Shown in pieces: positions 36,956 through 48,755 of a stretch of DNA of 64,000 nt. The DNA lies in NCBI RefSeq assembly GCF_001949145.1, contig NW_019091361.1:1432374-1496373 (forward strand). Direction: 5' to 3'. A program made the position numbers and the translations under genes. How positions within the stretch are numbered: the stretch's first letter is position 1; the number at the start of each line of letters is the position of its first letter. Source of the DNA: Acanthaster planci (taxonomy: Eukaryota). The notes under the pieces are model-generated. The model worked only from the letters and a program-made list of their open reading frames with translations. It was not told the origin of the DNA and ran no database searches.

Positions 36956-39900
36956 TCACTGTGTCCCCTCGACTTCGTCGATAGTCTGTGGCTGTTTCTT
37001 TCCCAGCGTCTCGTGAAGAACCAACACACACAGCCCAGCGATAACAGACAACCCTCCAAATATGACCATGGGCGCCCAAGCAGCAAATTTCTCCTGACAT
37101 TAAAGAAAAAAATTGGAAAAGGACTTATCACCTTCTAAATCCTACACTGCCAAAGATATGAATGTAGTCCAACAGATTTCATAAGATGCAAAGGCAATGT
37201 TCATATCTACGGGACTCGAATCAAACGCAGCTTACGAGATACATGATAATCGGAGCGAGGATGCCTCCAACACGTGATGAGAAGGACGACATGCCAACTC
37301 CCAGATTCCTACAAATTTTTCGAAAAAAAATGTTTGTCATTTTGAAAATATACTATAGCACCGAAAAAAGAAAAAAAAATAGTGAAAATAACAAATGCAC
37401 GCATTAGCAAATGTGTTCAGAAGTATTCCTGATACGACCAGCATACTTAGCGGCGTCCTCACAGCCTGAAGTTTACGCTGGAAAACATAACGGCACGAAA
37501 ATACATGCTTGCGACGGACAAACAAAATCCCTGGCTACGCACCCGACGAATGCAATGATATCTTTCTTTGGCGATTTTGTTTTGAAAGCCTATTATAATA
37601 ATCTGTCCAGAAATAAAAGAATGTGTTAGCATCTACAGTTTACCTTGTGACAGTTGGGAAAAGTTCAGTGGCATAAAGAAACACGATAGCATAGGAGCCA
37701 GCAATTCCGAACTTCCCCAACATGGCGGTGGAGATAATAAGTGCTGAAAGATCCACCCCGCTCTCTGAATGAAAAGAGTAACAATAAAGATTATGCCGCG
37801 TCCGGTTTTCCATTCATCTCTCCTGAATTCACAGGTCTCGATTCTGTTCTAAAAAGTTACGTTCCAAGCCTAAAGGATCCCAGAGCAGACCTCCCCCATC
37901 AAATCAGACATTCAGTCCTCGCATACGCGCAAAGCTCGATTTTCAAGGACAAATATAAGCCCAAAGTGTCAACTCTTGTCACTGAGATTGCGAGACATTT
38001 TGATAAGATGTACCCAATTTAGATGTCTATTTTAATGCAAGCAAAGTTTCTAAAAGATTTATGAAGGGACATCACAATCGAAGGGGGAAATCCGCCGCCC
38101 CCCCTTCAGCAGTGAGCGGGTAATGCAAATATGAAGTTCGAAGAGTCTGGTCATATTCGAACTGTCTCGGTATGATTCACCTAAACAGGACGGAAGAAAA
38201 TAGTTAGGTACCTGTTGTCTGAGGAATGAAGGCGGTCACAATGCACGCGATTCCTCCAGCCACATGAAACACGCAGAGTGGTATCCGACGGCCAAACCTG
38301 CCAAAATTTCCACAATGCAACCAAGCTTAGAACCTTTCTTTTTCTCATATTCAATCAAGACAAAATCTAATGGTAACATGTTATTCTCCTTTTTAAATCA
38401 GTATGCTCTTGATTCTGAAGTGCTTCCATGAGATATATTACCAAGTAACGACTGCAGTGGAGACTATGTAAGCAGGGATCTCTACCGCACCGCTAAGGAA
38501 GAAGTTTAGATAAGGGTTGCCGGCTAAACTGTCGGTGTTCAAAGAAAGACCGTAGTACACCAGACTGTTGACAAACCTAAGGACACATATTCAAAGTGGT
38601 AAAATAAAATCCGGGTTAAAACTCTGGTATTCACTGTAAACAATGGAGTGTGCTTGCTTAAAAACATAATAAACAGACTTTTGAGATGACATTTTTCTGC
38701 CTTACGCAGTGCCAGATAAAATTTAAGTAAACACGAAAACTTGCCCTTTCTTTTAAAAAAACATGCAGAGAGCACACTCTTAGAAAAGACAGCTTTTAAC
38801 TTGATGAAAACTTCCTACAACAGTTTCTTTGAAATTGACGTACTCACCACGTGAAAATCATCACCAGTGATATCCGCCTAATCTGCGGTGTTCTGAACAG
38901 GTGCCAAATGGTGTAGACCCGGCCTTTCTTCTCACTAACACCGTAGTCGCCCACAGGCTGAGTGGGCAGTGTGGCTGTGGCCCCCTCGTCCCGCATCTCC
39001 ACTTCAGTGTCACTGACATATGCGGTTTGGAGACCAGCCGGGCTCTTGGAATCCAGGGTAGGGGCTTGAACGTGGGACGATGGTGATGGGTCGTTGGAGC
39101 TCGGAGGACCTTTGTCTAAAATATGGCGAAAAGGAGACACCTGCCATGTACGTGTAATATGGACTGAGATTTTCTCTCTCAACAGGACTTGTGTTTTGCA
39201 CGTGGATTTCGAAAGGGAAATGACAGACTGGCATTTTGTGAACAGCCAGAACATCAAGATCAGGACATCGCAAATAAAAGTGTATAATATTGCATTATCA
39301 CAAATTTTAAGTGATTTGGCATTTGTGGAGGCAGCTGTTAAACGATTTAATGACATTGATATCCTCAGATTCCAAAAAGCCACCGATTTCTGTACGCGTG
39401 TGTTTCGTTGGATCCCCCAAAGAAGCATACACCATGGCCGGCACAATTTCAGGACTATCGAACCGTGGCAAAAGTAAAAATTTCGACCTTCGAACCCGGA
39501 CAGCGAGAAACGATGCGGTCTGCTGTCTTCGGTGAGCACACCATCGGGTAGATCCACCTTGTTGAACCGCGCGATCTTCTGTAGTATGGTCTCCGCCTCG
39601 TGCACACGACCCCGCGAAATCAACCATCGAGCAGACTCCGGAATAATCCTGAAAAAGACGTAAAGCGCCGCAAACAAGGGTCATCTGTTGAGCCAAAACA
39701 ATCATTCGTGCCCGTTTGGTTGCTTGGTAGCTCATATTACCCGCATACGTCCAACTTTTCGCCTCGCGAGGCGAAAAAAAATCAAAAGGAATTTGCCACA
39801 CGGCCTCGCGAGGCAAAAAATACTGCATAAATAGACCAACTGCGCCCGCTAAGTCACGTGACCAATAGTGGGTATTCAATATCAACAAACACGGTGTCCA

Positions 39901-42900
39901 CCAAAAGCAAAGTGTTTCTTAAGTATCATTAACCAAAAAATAAAGGTGACAGTAGGTGCCCGTAAATCAGCTTTATTGTTTGTCTTAACAACACTCAAAA
40001 CACATGTTGCTATGGGGTTGAAACCACAGACGTATATAAAAAACCTGGACTTGTAACGCCTTTGTATGAAAAAGAAGCCAACCAGCGGCTGTTTTACCGA
40101 GCCGAATACATGAGCGTGGGTTGGCTCCCTTCTATTGACTTCAGCAAGAACAAAGGCGGGCTTTGCCAGGAAAGCTTTGTATTCGGCTCGGTGAAATGGC
40201 TGCGAGTGGATTCAATGACTCTATAAGCTGATTAAGGGCATTGCGAGTCCAGATTTTATTATACATGTCCGTAGTTGATACCCACAATAGGTCACGTGAT
40301 TTAGCGGACGCAATCGGTCTACTGATGCTGAGTGAAGTCTTGTCATTTCAGATGGCCTGTTAACTACAACTGGGATCTCCAATGACTGTGCTTCTCCAAA
40401 ACACTCTGAATGCCTGACAAAAGGCATATCATAGCAATAGGCACCTGCTTCAGAAGAAACGGGAACAAAAAACTCACCACCACAGCGGTATGGTAAGCAA
40501 GCTGGGTAGCGTGATGGCGAGCTGTAGGTGGCGCCAGTCACGCAGTAAGTATGCTATGCCTGAAAGAGACATGATACCGCTGGCCCAGAAGAGCGTTAGC
40601 AGAATACCAGCGAAGGCTCGTCTGGAAGGCGAGAACATTTCGGTCACCATGACGTAGGATGTGATGTCCACGCCCTGAAAAGAGGGATGGGTTTGTGGAG
40701 AGCACAAACTAGTTACACGTATGTTTATATCAAATGTGGCAATGCCTGATGCAAAGAATACTCCCGCGTTGTACGGGTAAGTTAGGGTCACACTGTCACA
40801 GTAAATGCAATCCATTCGCAAAACTATTAAATCCATCACATGAATAGGGTTTTTAAGTACGCAGACGAAAGACTCTTCCAAATTCTGAACATACAAATCC
40901 ATTACATGAATAGGGTTTTTAAGTACGCAGACGAAAGACTCTTCCAAATTCTGAACATGCACCCACCTGTTCGATAACGCCCACAAAAAACCTCACCGCT
41001 ATGAAGGCGTAAAGGTTGCCAGTAAACGCCGCACCAACGCCGAACGCCACCTGTGCCCACAGGGAGAGGAAAAAGACGTACCGACGGCCGAAGCGATCAG
41101 AGAGCTGGCCAAAGAGCAACGATCCCACCATCACACCCAACATGAAGATGGTCTGACTCAGGTCCACAGAGGCATCCTTCTCGCAAACTAGATCCCACTA
41201 TGCACACAGGAATGTAATATCAGCTTAATAGTTTCCATGTTTCATACCCATGAACTCTCGCGTTGGAGCGCGGCCAAACACAGAGGCAGTAACATTATTA
41301 CACAATCGCCTGCAGGTCGTACTATACAACCTGACAGATTACCACGGCACATGAAGTGTGTAATAACCCCTAAAATGTTAGGAATTTTTCATAACAATAA
41401 TAATTAGACATACATATCTGCAATATGCGGTTTTCATAAAAAAATAATTAAAATAACAATAAGGATAATTGAAAATTTATAATGCGCAGTTTCCACAAAA
41501 ATGATCAACGGCGCAGTACAAGTTGACATAAAAAATTAATCTAATTAATTTAATTTAAGAAATGAAAGATAGGGATAAATGAATAAGAATAAATGAATGA
41601 ATTTCACCGCGCTAGTATCCAAACCGCTGTATGAGGATACGTCTGCCCCGCCAACAGGGAGAACCTAACCCTGCTGGTATCGCTGATGTCTCGATCCTTC
41701 CCGGGGACAGACACCTCTAACCCTACCTACGATAAAACAAAAGTAATTATACCAGACACGGTGACACTAAAATAACGATTCACAGCTAAACCTACATTAA
41801 AAAAAAGTTAATACCCCTACCAGTTAAAATTAATAAAATAAAATCACCAATCTTGCAGTGCAACATATCATTAAAAATAATAAAAGGTGCATTACAGAGG
41901 CAAAAATAGGGAATTAAAAACTAGATTAAAAGAGATTAAATCAAGTAAATCTAAAGTGCCGTTTATGGCCTTCCTAAGGAGTGGGGCTTTCTTTTTTTTG
42001 GGGGGGGGGGCTTTTTGCACACTTTTGGGAATGGAAGTAAATGCAACTGCCCCCCCAAAAAAAACACTCCGTAAATTATTTTGAAAAATAAATCATATTT
42101 CTGGCGGGCAATGACCCACTTAACCCTTGCTAACTGTTTTCAAGGAATCGCCATTTTGTTTACACTCACACATACTTTAAGTGCATGTCTCTGATGAACC
42201 ACAAGAAAGTAACTTTGGGCATTTGTGTTTTACTTTATGATGCTTATGCTGTTTCGTGATGCAGGTTGATGTTGCTTCTCTGATGTACACGCCCTTCGAA
42301 CAGTCTACAGGATTTTTATGCGAATCTATAAGCTACACTCCAAGTATGACCAACCCCAAAAGTCGGCGTTTGAAGTGGGCAAAAGGTCAGAATTGCATAC
42401 ATTGATTGTCCGAGGCACAAAGCTCAACCAAATCTTAACAGGTGTTATTGGGGTTTACTGGGCACCACTCTTGGGCCTAAATGCTTTTAATTATTTTTAT
42501 TATTCATTTCTGGTAATGACACCAAGGATTCCTCAAAAGTGCCCTAGACACTTTATTGCTCGCAAGCCTGAAGAAACCTGTAGAGAAGAGACAATGAGAA
42601 GCAGTGACAGTTTTAGCCAGGAGGAAAACCCCAAGAGAATATTTCTGGGTAAAACCCACGAATTCAGGTAGGGACTGAAAACCAAATCTACATGGTGGAC
42701 CGAACTGGGAATCGAACCCGGACCGCAGAGGTGGGACGCGAGGGAAGAACCACTAAGCCAACCCCACTATGCCCCCACCCCGCTTCTGTGCTACTCTCAC
42801 TGAGACTGTATAGAGAAAAGTTTTGTTTGTATACAACTGCACTGACCCCCCCCATAATTCCGGCTCTCTGAGCTGGTATGGCCCTAGTCTTGATCAAGAC

Positions 42901-43399
42901 GTTGTCGTGTTGTTTATAAGCGAGAGGGCGCTCAGAAGACGAATAGCTGGAACGCACAAACCACAACTAGCCACGCCAGCTCTTGACCAAGACTAGTATG
43001 GACCCTGTGACGCAAGTGTCCTGGAAACTGGATACTACACGCATAAAATCCAAGCAGTAACTATACCTCGGTAGCAACAGTGTTCCCGTAATACGTTTGA
43101 TCGTAATTCCATCCTTCGTCGCAAGGCATCGTCTCATTATCCACCGTAATGTTCACGTACTTGAAACATTTCGAGTACTCCTCACCGTTGTCCCCGGTAA
43201 CCTTTGGTACCGTCTCCTCGAGCTGTTCACCCGCCGGTACCTTGCAGTGATGACCCGGCACTGCCCCCAGAAAGGATATTCCCAGCATGTGCCAGGCTGA
43301 CGGAACCTGACCTGCGAGGCATATCAGCAAGTAGATTAAGGTTTGGTAGCGACCGAAATCACCCAGGAAAACAAGTGCCTCGTCCAGTTCCATCGCCAT
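36956..43399 (-). CDS. SLC22-family organic cation/anion transporter (MFS), ~580 aa, 10 coding exons
   Basis: Exons 43067-43399, 40967-41197, 40478-40674, 39488-39648, 38848-39115, 38442-38576, 38212-38297, 37644-37764, 37236-37308, 36956-37093, 1743 nt in total. Motifs: [68 protein letters not shown] (canonically LPET). Confidence 0.95.
40087..40201. mobile_element. Short inverted-repeat element (MITE-like)
   Basis: ggctgttttaccgagccgaataca (40087-40110) pairs with tgtattcggctcggtgaaatggct (40178-40201), 20/24 complementary. Confidence 0.6.
40829..40958. repeat. 66-bp tandem duplication (2 copies) in an SLC22 intron
   Basis: aaatccat(c/t)acatgaataggg...tccaaattctgaacat occurs twice with a 66-bp period and is nearly identical between copies. 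Confidence 0.9.
42619..42772 (-). mobile_element. tRNA-derived SINE (5' part)
   Basis: The minus strand has A box TGGCTTAGTGG and B box GGTTCGATTCC at tRNA-like spacing, followed by a SINE-type body (ttttcagtccctacctg...gtgggtttt...ggggttttcctcc). There is no intact cloverleaf. Confidence 0.65.
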
Positions 43400-46300
43400 C
43401 GTAAAAGCTCCCTCTGTTAAATGTTTCTATTAAAAATACACGTATACAAGTTTCATGGTGAAGTAATTTATATGTATCATCATCTCAGAGGTTCAAGTTG
43501 TGCTACAGCATCCAAAAGTGGTTTCCAAGACGCACGCCGCCATTGTATTTAGTCTGCGTCACATAATGGCTCACCGACCTTTGATCCTCAGGCTTATCAA
43601 ATTTCATAAGCCAAAATGTATTTACTTCAATTGAGATTATTTTGTTCGCACCCGACGCGCGCAAACTGGGGTCGATACACGTTGGTATACCTGTATTGCT
43701 TCGAAAGGCGAAGTTATTAAAATGAATTCAGACGAGATTCACACCAAAACAACATCAAGATTCACATTGTTCGAACTCGAAGGAGTCGTGACTTCAAGTG
43801 AACGACTCGTCAGACCGTTCCCTTTTTGCAAACTATTACAGGATTTTTCTTTTCTGGAAATTTTAAGAATATTGTTATGTTTCTTGTTTTTGAGGCGAGT
43901 TTTCTTGTAGTTTGTAATATTTTGGGTTTATGTATAGGCTGTACGTCGATTTGTATATGTGCGACAGTGTGGTGATATACGTAAGACGGAAATAGCTGAG
44001 TTTTAATACCTAAGACAGCAAAAAAGAACTTCACTTTTTGACTGGAGCTTTATTGACTGAAGCTTTAAAGTGAGCAACACGTACATTCACTGGTATCGAG
44101 ACTACTACATAGCTACATACATGTACATGTACATATTGGAAGCACTATAAGGAACAGCTGTCTGAATAGTCTACAGGATTGTCTTTACTGCATAATAAGT
44201 AGGCTGTCAAGTTCACGCCAGACGCGTCTCATTCGTCTTCTATTTTACGTGAATGGAGTGAACTTGCCCAAAAGTAAAGATAAAAATAGCAAATTGGAAA
44301 CAAGGTTAATGCGAAGGTGCTATTTCAAGATGTTAGGGAAACATAATTTCAAGTGAAATGGTCGCCAGCGTCAAGCATTAAGGAGGGCCACAGTATCAGT
44401 GGAGGGTCACATCACCACAATAAAATATATTTTTCATGTTCATTCTTTTCACTGATGGGGGGAGGGGCAGCTTCTCGGCAGTGGGGCCCAGCCCCTACAC
44501 TCCCCGGCTACGGGCCCGAATTGTCCATTGATAAAAATTTTATTTGGCAAATTTCAATTCTAGATATCTTTTCATGAATTTGCAAGCGTTTTCACGGGCA
44601 TTCTGGACACTTTTAGTCACACTCAAGTCTTTCTATCGTTTCCAAGTTGGAATGACCTTTCGTGATAACTCCTGTCTGTGTTTGAAAAGTACACCACGCA
44701 CGTTTTAATGGTCTCAATAACACTACAGACGAAGGTTGTAGTTTTCTGACAGGATTGGCTTTATTTAGTAAGAGATGAACATCTATAAAAATAGTCACAT
44801 AGCGGACTGAGGACTCAGCTATAATTTCTGTCTCTTTTTGGGAAAAAAGGCTCAGTGGTGAAAGTGTATCATTCAAATTCTAGAACTTCAATCTAAAAAA
44901 CCAAAAAAAAAAAACAGAAAAAAAGCGAGCCCGAACATTCTGGAAGACTGATCACATACGGCTTACGCAGTATCCTTGTGTGAGATGTTAAAGGCATTTT
45001 TTTATGGCATTAATTCAGAACGTCACCTTTCCTCGAGGTGCTATCCAAATACAACATGATGGATAAGTCTCGGGCATGACCGCTGAGAGGCATCGTCTCT
45101 GCCCAGGCGTCTGGGGACCAGTCAGGGCCTGATTTATACTCTACGTTTTCCCATCTGTTTTATGTCCGTGATTTTTTTTTGCTTAGTTCCGATGATGATC
45201 GCCCACACTCTCTTCCCCCTGTTCTTGGGTTCATCCCCGGTGGACGGGAGACCTCAATTTCGCTTCTATCCTTTAACCCCTGGCCTTTCCTTTGACTTAG
45301 GTAGGCAGATGGGGTTCATTAGTCAGACTCACTGTTGGGGTGCGATAGAGCGAGGCACGGGTTGCTAGTTATAGGTGTGCTTTTGGAAGACTTGTCGCTC
45401 CTTGCACCAACACAATCGGTAGATCAGTGGCGTGATGGAGGGGGGGGTGTGAGAACACCTCCGCCCCCATCGAGGCTTGCTCCTGTCCCTGTGCGCCCCA
45501 GTGGAAGTTTGAAGAGGGAAAAATATCACAGTCTACGATATTGTGACCTCACCCACCCGGCGCCCCTCCATGAATGTAACCCAGTTCTCTTAGCGAATTG
45601 AATCCTATCTACTCTGATAACGAAAGACCAAGAACTTACCCGCTTAAGCCCTCATCCACTAGTGTCGGTCTAAAGGGCCTACCCATTAACTACCATACTG
45701 ACAGTTGGATTCGAATTTCGAAAATTTCACCTCATTCTAAAATTCCAAGCTGGAGTTTATATGGGCTGTCAGTCTTCTCCAACATTCAATCTGCAAGGTG
45801 GCACTGCTTTTGTGTGGGTATGTCCTCATAAAATAAAAAATGGTCCTTGGTAGTCCTTAAGTCCGTGGACCTTTCCAGTAGCGTTACTGTGGTCTGTGAG
45901 AGTCACGTGGGGGACACAGTAGTAGATGTGATCGTATCTTCACATATATCAGAGTTCTCGTTGAATTCTTTTAAGTGAGGGCACCAATCCCTCGAATGGG
46001 TAAGCGGTACCTCATATTACTAGTGCCCGTTGCCTCAACTGTCCTGAGAAAAGACATATCTCAACGTAATGTTCAACCTGGTTGAAAATATCATTCATCA
46101 ACACTTATGGACAAATTTTTTCCAAAGATGCTACAATTTTAATCGATTCAACTGACTTTTAGCATCGTTCTGGTAGAACAGCATTGCACAACATTATTTT
46201 ACATTTCACAAGTATGTTTCACATTTGAAATGCACTACATCAAGCATCCAACAAACGGTATTAAACAGAAAGAAAAACAGATGCACAAGACTTTTTAAAA

Positions 46301-48732
46301 TCGCGACAGCATCAAAGCATCATAGAAATTGAACGCATGTTAAAAGCTATTAAGAGCTTGAAGTCCAAGCCGTTGATAGAGGAGGCCCTTATACTTCACA
46401 GACCTGCGCATCATGTAGTCGCCAACCACATTTCAAGAGTTCCACTCGGTACGTGATTTTCTTCAGTATCACGACGACGCAAAGCGCATCATTCTCTACA
46501 TTTCAATTTAACATTCGTTTGCTTCGTTGGGATGGTGAGTATTTAGCTCAGCGACGAACACGCTCACCGTATTTGTTTTGTCCAGCGAAGCGACGTTTAG
46601 CAATATCGAGGAGCGTCAAGGCGTCTGCCAGTGACCTATGTACCTCATGAGATTTTGCCCAGGGGCCTGTATTAATGATAAGCACTAAATTATGCACTTT
46701 TTCAATGGAATTGCCGAGGTATTTGCTGTGCTAACAAGTTTGCTAAGGATCCTTTAGCTTGGCTTTTACATGAAATTTAATCCAGACGTCGTCATGAATC
46801 TTTGCTGTCTGTTTTGTGACAAAGACGTGTAGGTATAAATACAATAAAGTTGTCTACTACGCCAGGAGCAAAGGACTCAAATAATGCTTGAGAGAGCAAT
46901 CAAGAAAATGGTTGTTCCGCAGGTGAAATCAATGAGCGATCCTCTTCTTTTGCATCCTACGGCAGGAGAGGGCGACGCGTGAACTCCTGGCCTCAAAGTT
47001 CTCCGAAATGATATCATTCCGCGTCCCTGGACGTTCATACATGTTTTGCCGCTCGCCCACGAGCGTCTGATTGGTCGTCTGTCTGGCTAATGTCACCCCG
47101 TGGAAGATTTCGTCTTGGGGTAGTGAGCATAAAAACCCCACCGCACCTCCTGTTGGTGATAATACCTCCCATGTAGATCTCCGACAGCATTTCTGACGTA
47201 TCTCAATCATCATGAGCACGCTAAGGTGGTTGCCCGTCGCAGCAGCCTGGATGGTACTACTATTGGCACATGGGCCGACATCCTTACACGGTACGTGGGC
47301 TATCAGTGTCTTTTTTTTCCGGTACTGTCTATACCATTTGATGTCAACAAACACTTCCTCTCTTTACCCACGAGCATCTTGAAAGACAAACCAAAATTAA
47401 AGAGAGGCATCTGTGGAAGTACTTATGAAAACTTACGGATCTCTTTAATTGTTAGATATATCATTTTATGTGCGTGCAGTAACTTCCGTATATATTTATT
47501 TTTTAGTAGAAATAAAAGGCCGTGCACGTCTTCCATCATCATCTTGCTTAATGAAAATTCAATTGGCCCCTTCTGACGATTGGGTGTGTGCTTTTCGATT
47601 CATGCAGTACTTTGTTTTTCTTCAAACTGTTCTGATGTTCTGTTTGTGCACTGCATCGTGTATAGTTGTCTTGCTGAGGTTTGCCCTTTTTTGAATGTTT
47701 TTCTTCGATGTAGCAAATTACTTAGCTCGCCCATCTAGTTTAGGAAACGACATAATTCATCCTTATTTTGCATCTGGATACGCATTCGAAATTCCTAAAA
47801 ATTTAGACTGTAGACTGGCTGAGTATAGAGAAACGTAGAAAACCTTAACTTAGATAAAACAACATAGGCCTTTAACAACGGCAGAACAGCAAACGACAAT
47901 TTACCCTGACTGATCTGATCGATGCCTCACAATCTCACACCCATCGGCGACAAACATGTACCTCCCTTTGATAACTAGTCCTTGATACTTGCCTCTCTCA
48001 ACGGAGCACTGTTAACTACCACGAAGACAGGTTCGTGGTAATAATACGAGTCACTTCGAATTCTGGTTAAGACTTGACTTTACACCAGGCAAAACGTTTG
48101 CAGTCTTTCTTTTTCTTGAATATAAAGCCATCATTCGGGGATGGTGGCTGTGTTAACCAACTACTTGACAGGCATCTCCAAGGCACTGAAGACATTAAAG
48201 ACACCTTTAAAACATCTTTGTGGAAAAGTGGGCAAACTTTAAGCAGAGAAATTTCAAATTATGAAACGCATTTTTTTCAAATGAGAGGAATCCTAGTTGC
48301 TTCTCTTCAATATAAGTGAATATCCACGCAGACACGGGAGATGGCCGGCAAGACCCCAGCACACGGCGGGCGGAACCCGACTCGTACAGTGGCGTGTGTT
48401 TCGGTACGTTATCGGGGTGGCCTAGTGATTGTCGGGTCGTTAATTAGATGAGCTCTTTTACCACACAGCGAGGTGTGAACTAATTGGAGCAATCAAACTA
48501 ATTACTGTTTGATGACTACGCTTCAAGGACAGAATACAGGACAAGCGACTTCTATCACTCGTTTCTTGAAAACCTTTGGCCAACCAAAATCCAGTATGGC
48601 TCGAAAAAATGAGTAATTTGCAGAGTCTCAGATCTGCTTTGTGTCATTTATTTTTACAAAGTGACCATGCGCTTATTTCAACTGTGCTAGATTATCAACA
48701 GAAATAGGGACAACAACGGAACATGTTGAAGC

Positions 48733-48755
48733 TTATATATATATATATATATATA
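48733..48755. repeat. (TA)n microsatellite
   Basis: Visible tatatata run. Confidence 0.9.

Noticed and set aside
41991..42064. T8-G11 ... C7-A8 inverted homopolymer hairpin
   Set aside because: It is low complexity and likely chance or a repeat remnant.
46929..47354. 141-aa minus-strand ORF
   Set aside because: It has a non-ATG start, no recognisable motif and no supporting splice structure.
47602..47659. Candidate follistatin signal-peptide exon (MQYFVFLQTVLMFCLCTAS, phase 1)
   Set aside because: It is hydrophobic and phase-compatible, but the donor (T|gtatag) is weak and other phase-1 candidates exist. It needs RNA evidence.
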